A DNA stretch of 64,000 nt. It comes from an uncultured bacterium (lineage in GTDB: Bacteria > Cyanobacteriota > Vampirovibrionia > Gastranaerophilales > Gastranaerophilaceae). Positions 63,607 to 64,000 of the stretch are shown piece after piece. The position numbers and the translations under genes were made by a program. Each line of letters starts with the position of its first letter. The first letter of the stretch is position 1. The notes beneath the pieces are model-generated. The model did no database searches, had not been told where the DNA came from, and saw nothing but the letters and a program-made list of their open reading frames with translations. Where the stretch lies: contig CAOJDT010000001.1 in the NCBI GenBank assembly GCA_948433295.1, positions 1,869 to 65,868 on the forward strand. The letters run 5' to 3'.

Positions 63607-64000
63607 ATGGCAAATTTAAAAAAAGAAATTTTACAGACATTGAAGAACGGGAAAAATATAGAAAACATTTTTGATAATTTATCAATATGTCAAGAAAATT
63701 TATTGAAAAATCATTCAAATCCAGTTTTTAGTAACAAAGATAAAAATAAAATTCTGAAACAATACACAATATTACAAAATATTGGAAAATCTTTGTATCA
63801 CTATAATGCATTAAATGAGAATAATTTGGCTTCTGATACTGAAAGAACAGCTATAGAGAATACAGTTTTAAAAGGTGGAATTAGTTATAACAAATACGTT
63901 TGGCATTCCGAAAACAGCGAACATACCTGTGATGAATGCAGAGAATTGGATGGTCAAGTTTTTGATTTTTATGACGAAGTTCCTGAACGTCCTCATCCGA
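63607..64000 (+). CDS. Partial CDS, MuF / SPP1 gp7-like (phage head morphogenesis-type) domain protein; runs off the window
   Basis: Hand-translated open frame from ATG 63607 with no stop before the window end. It ends ...YVWHSENSEHTCDECRELDGQVFDFYDEVPERPHP, matching the C..C..LDG....P.HP motif of the Mu F/gp7 family. It is not in the ORF track because it has no stop. Confidence 0.6.
   Translation, partial: MANLKKEILQTLKNGKNIENIFDNLSICQENLLKNHSNPVFSNKDKNKILKQYTILQNIGKSLYHYNALNENNLASDTERTAIENTVLKGGISYNKYVWHSENSEHTCDECRELDGQVFDFYDEVPERPHP

Noticed and set aside
63217-63718. ORFs 63217-63558 (+) and 63521-63718 (-).
   Set aside because: The first is antisense to the XRE gene. The second is antisense to the promoter and 5' end of the MuF-like ORF. 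Both have low-complexity composition.

Overview
AT-rich bacterial chromosomal window with about 60 real genes and two tRNAs. Gene content suggests a diderm gut lineage, possibly Melainabacteria/Gastranaerophilales-like; this is inference only. Supporting genes are KdsC/KdsD, a LapA-like protein, an AMIN-AmiC amidase, MurT, DUF3326, and several FTLAEVL-type pseudopilins.

Housekeeping blocks:
- 1-26.3 kb: murT, rluD, lspA, uppP, queD, kdsC/kdsD, a GH13 operon, glf, and an AraC-controlled detox/flavoprotein operon.
- 43.5-64 kb: tRNA-Ser, galE, a GH77-like gene, dxs, pnuC, tRNA-Arg, nadB/nadC, murI, an amidase, and the start of an XRE/MuF-like module.

These blocks flank a ~16.9-kb accessory island at 26523-43450. 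The island sits about 80 bp downstream of tRNA-Ser(CGA) and is bracketed by a perfect 23-bp direct repeat. It carries:
- a PD-(D/E)xK + DUF2075 ATPase;
- a type I R-M operon (hsdM-hsdS-orf271-fic-hsdR);
- a transposition block with two intact MuA/TnsB-like DDE transposases, one MuB/TniB-like AAA+ ATPase, a 224-aa wHTH-like unknown and a YjcR-like HTH protein.
No tyrosine or serine recombinase, TnsA or recognisable TniQ is present.

Most unusual signals:
1. The island boundary architecture, with a long direct repeat, a partial third copy between the two transposase modules, and only DDE enzymes.
2. A GC-rich hairpin repeat inserted twice, in different reading frames, in the larger transposase gene.
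3. A ~476-nt repeat-rich noncoding end region.
4. Three pseudopilin paralogs that each carry an identical G11 tract 29-30 nt after an SD-proximal ATG. All three are in the same out-of-frame state, and each has an anti-SD hexamer just downstream.
5. Dispersed palindromic REP-like repeats, including a 130-bp MITE-like palindrome.
6. A shared palindromic promoter/operator upstream of dxs and a DUF3737 gene, with a partial copy upstream of the EamA transporter gene.
7. A protein built of about 7 tandem HTH modules.

No CRISPR array or rRNA was seen.
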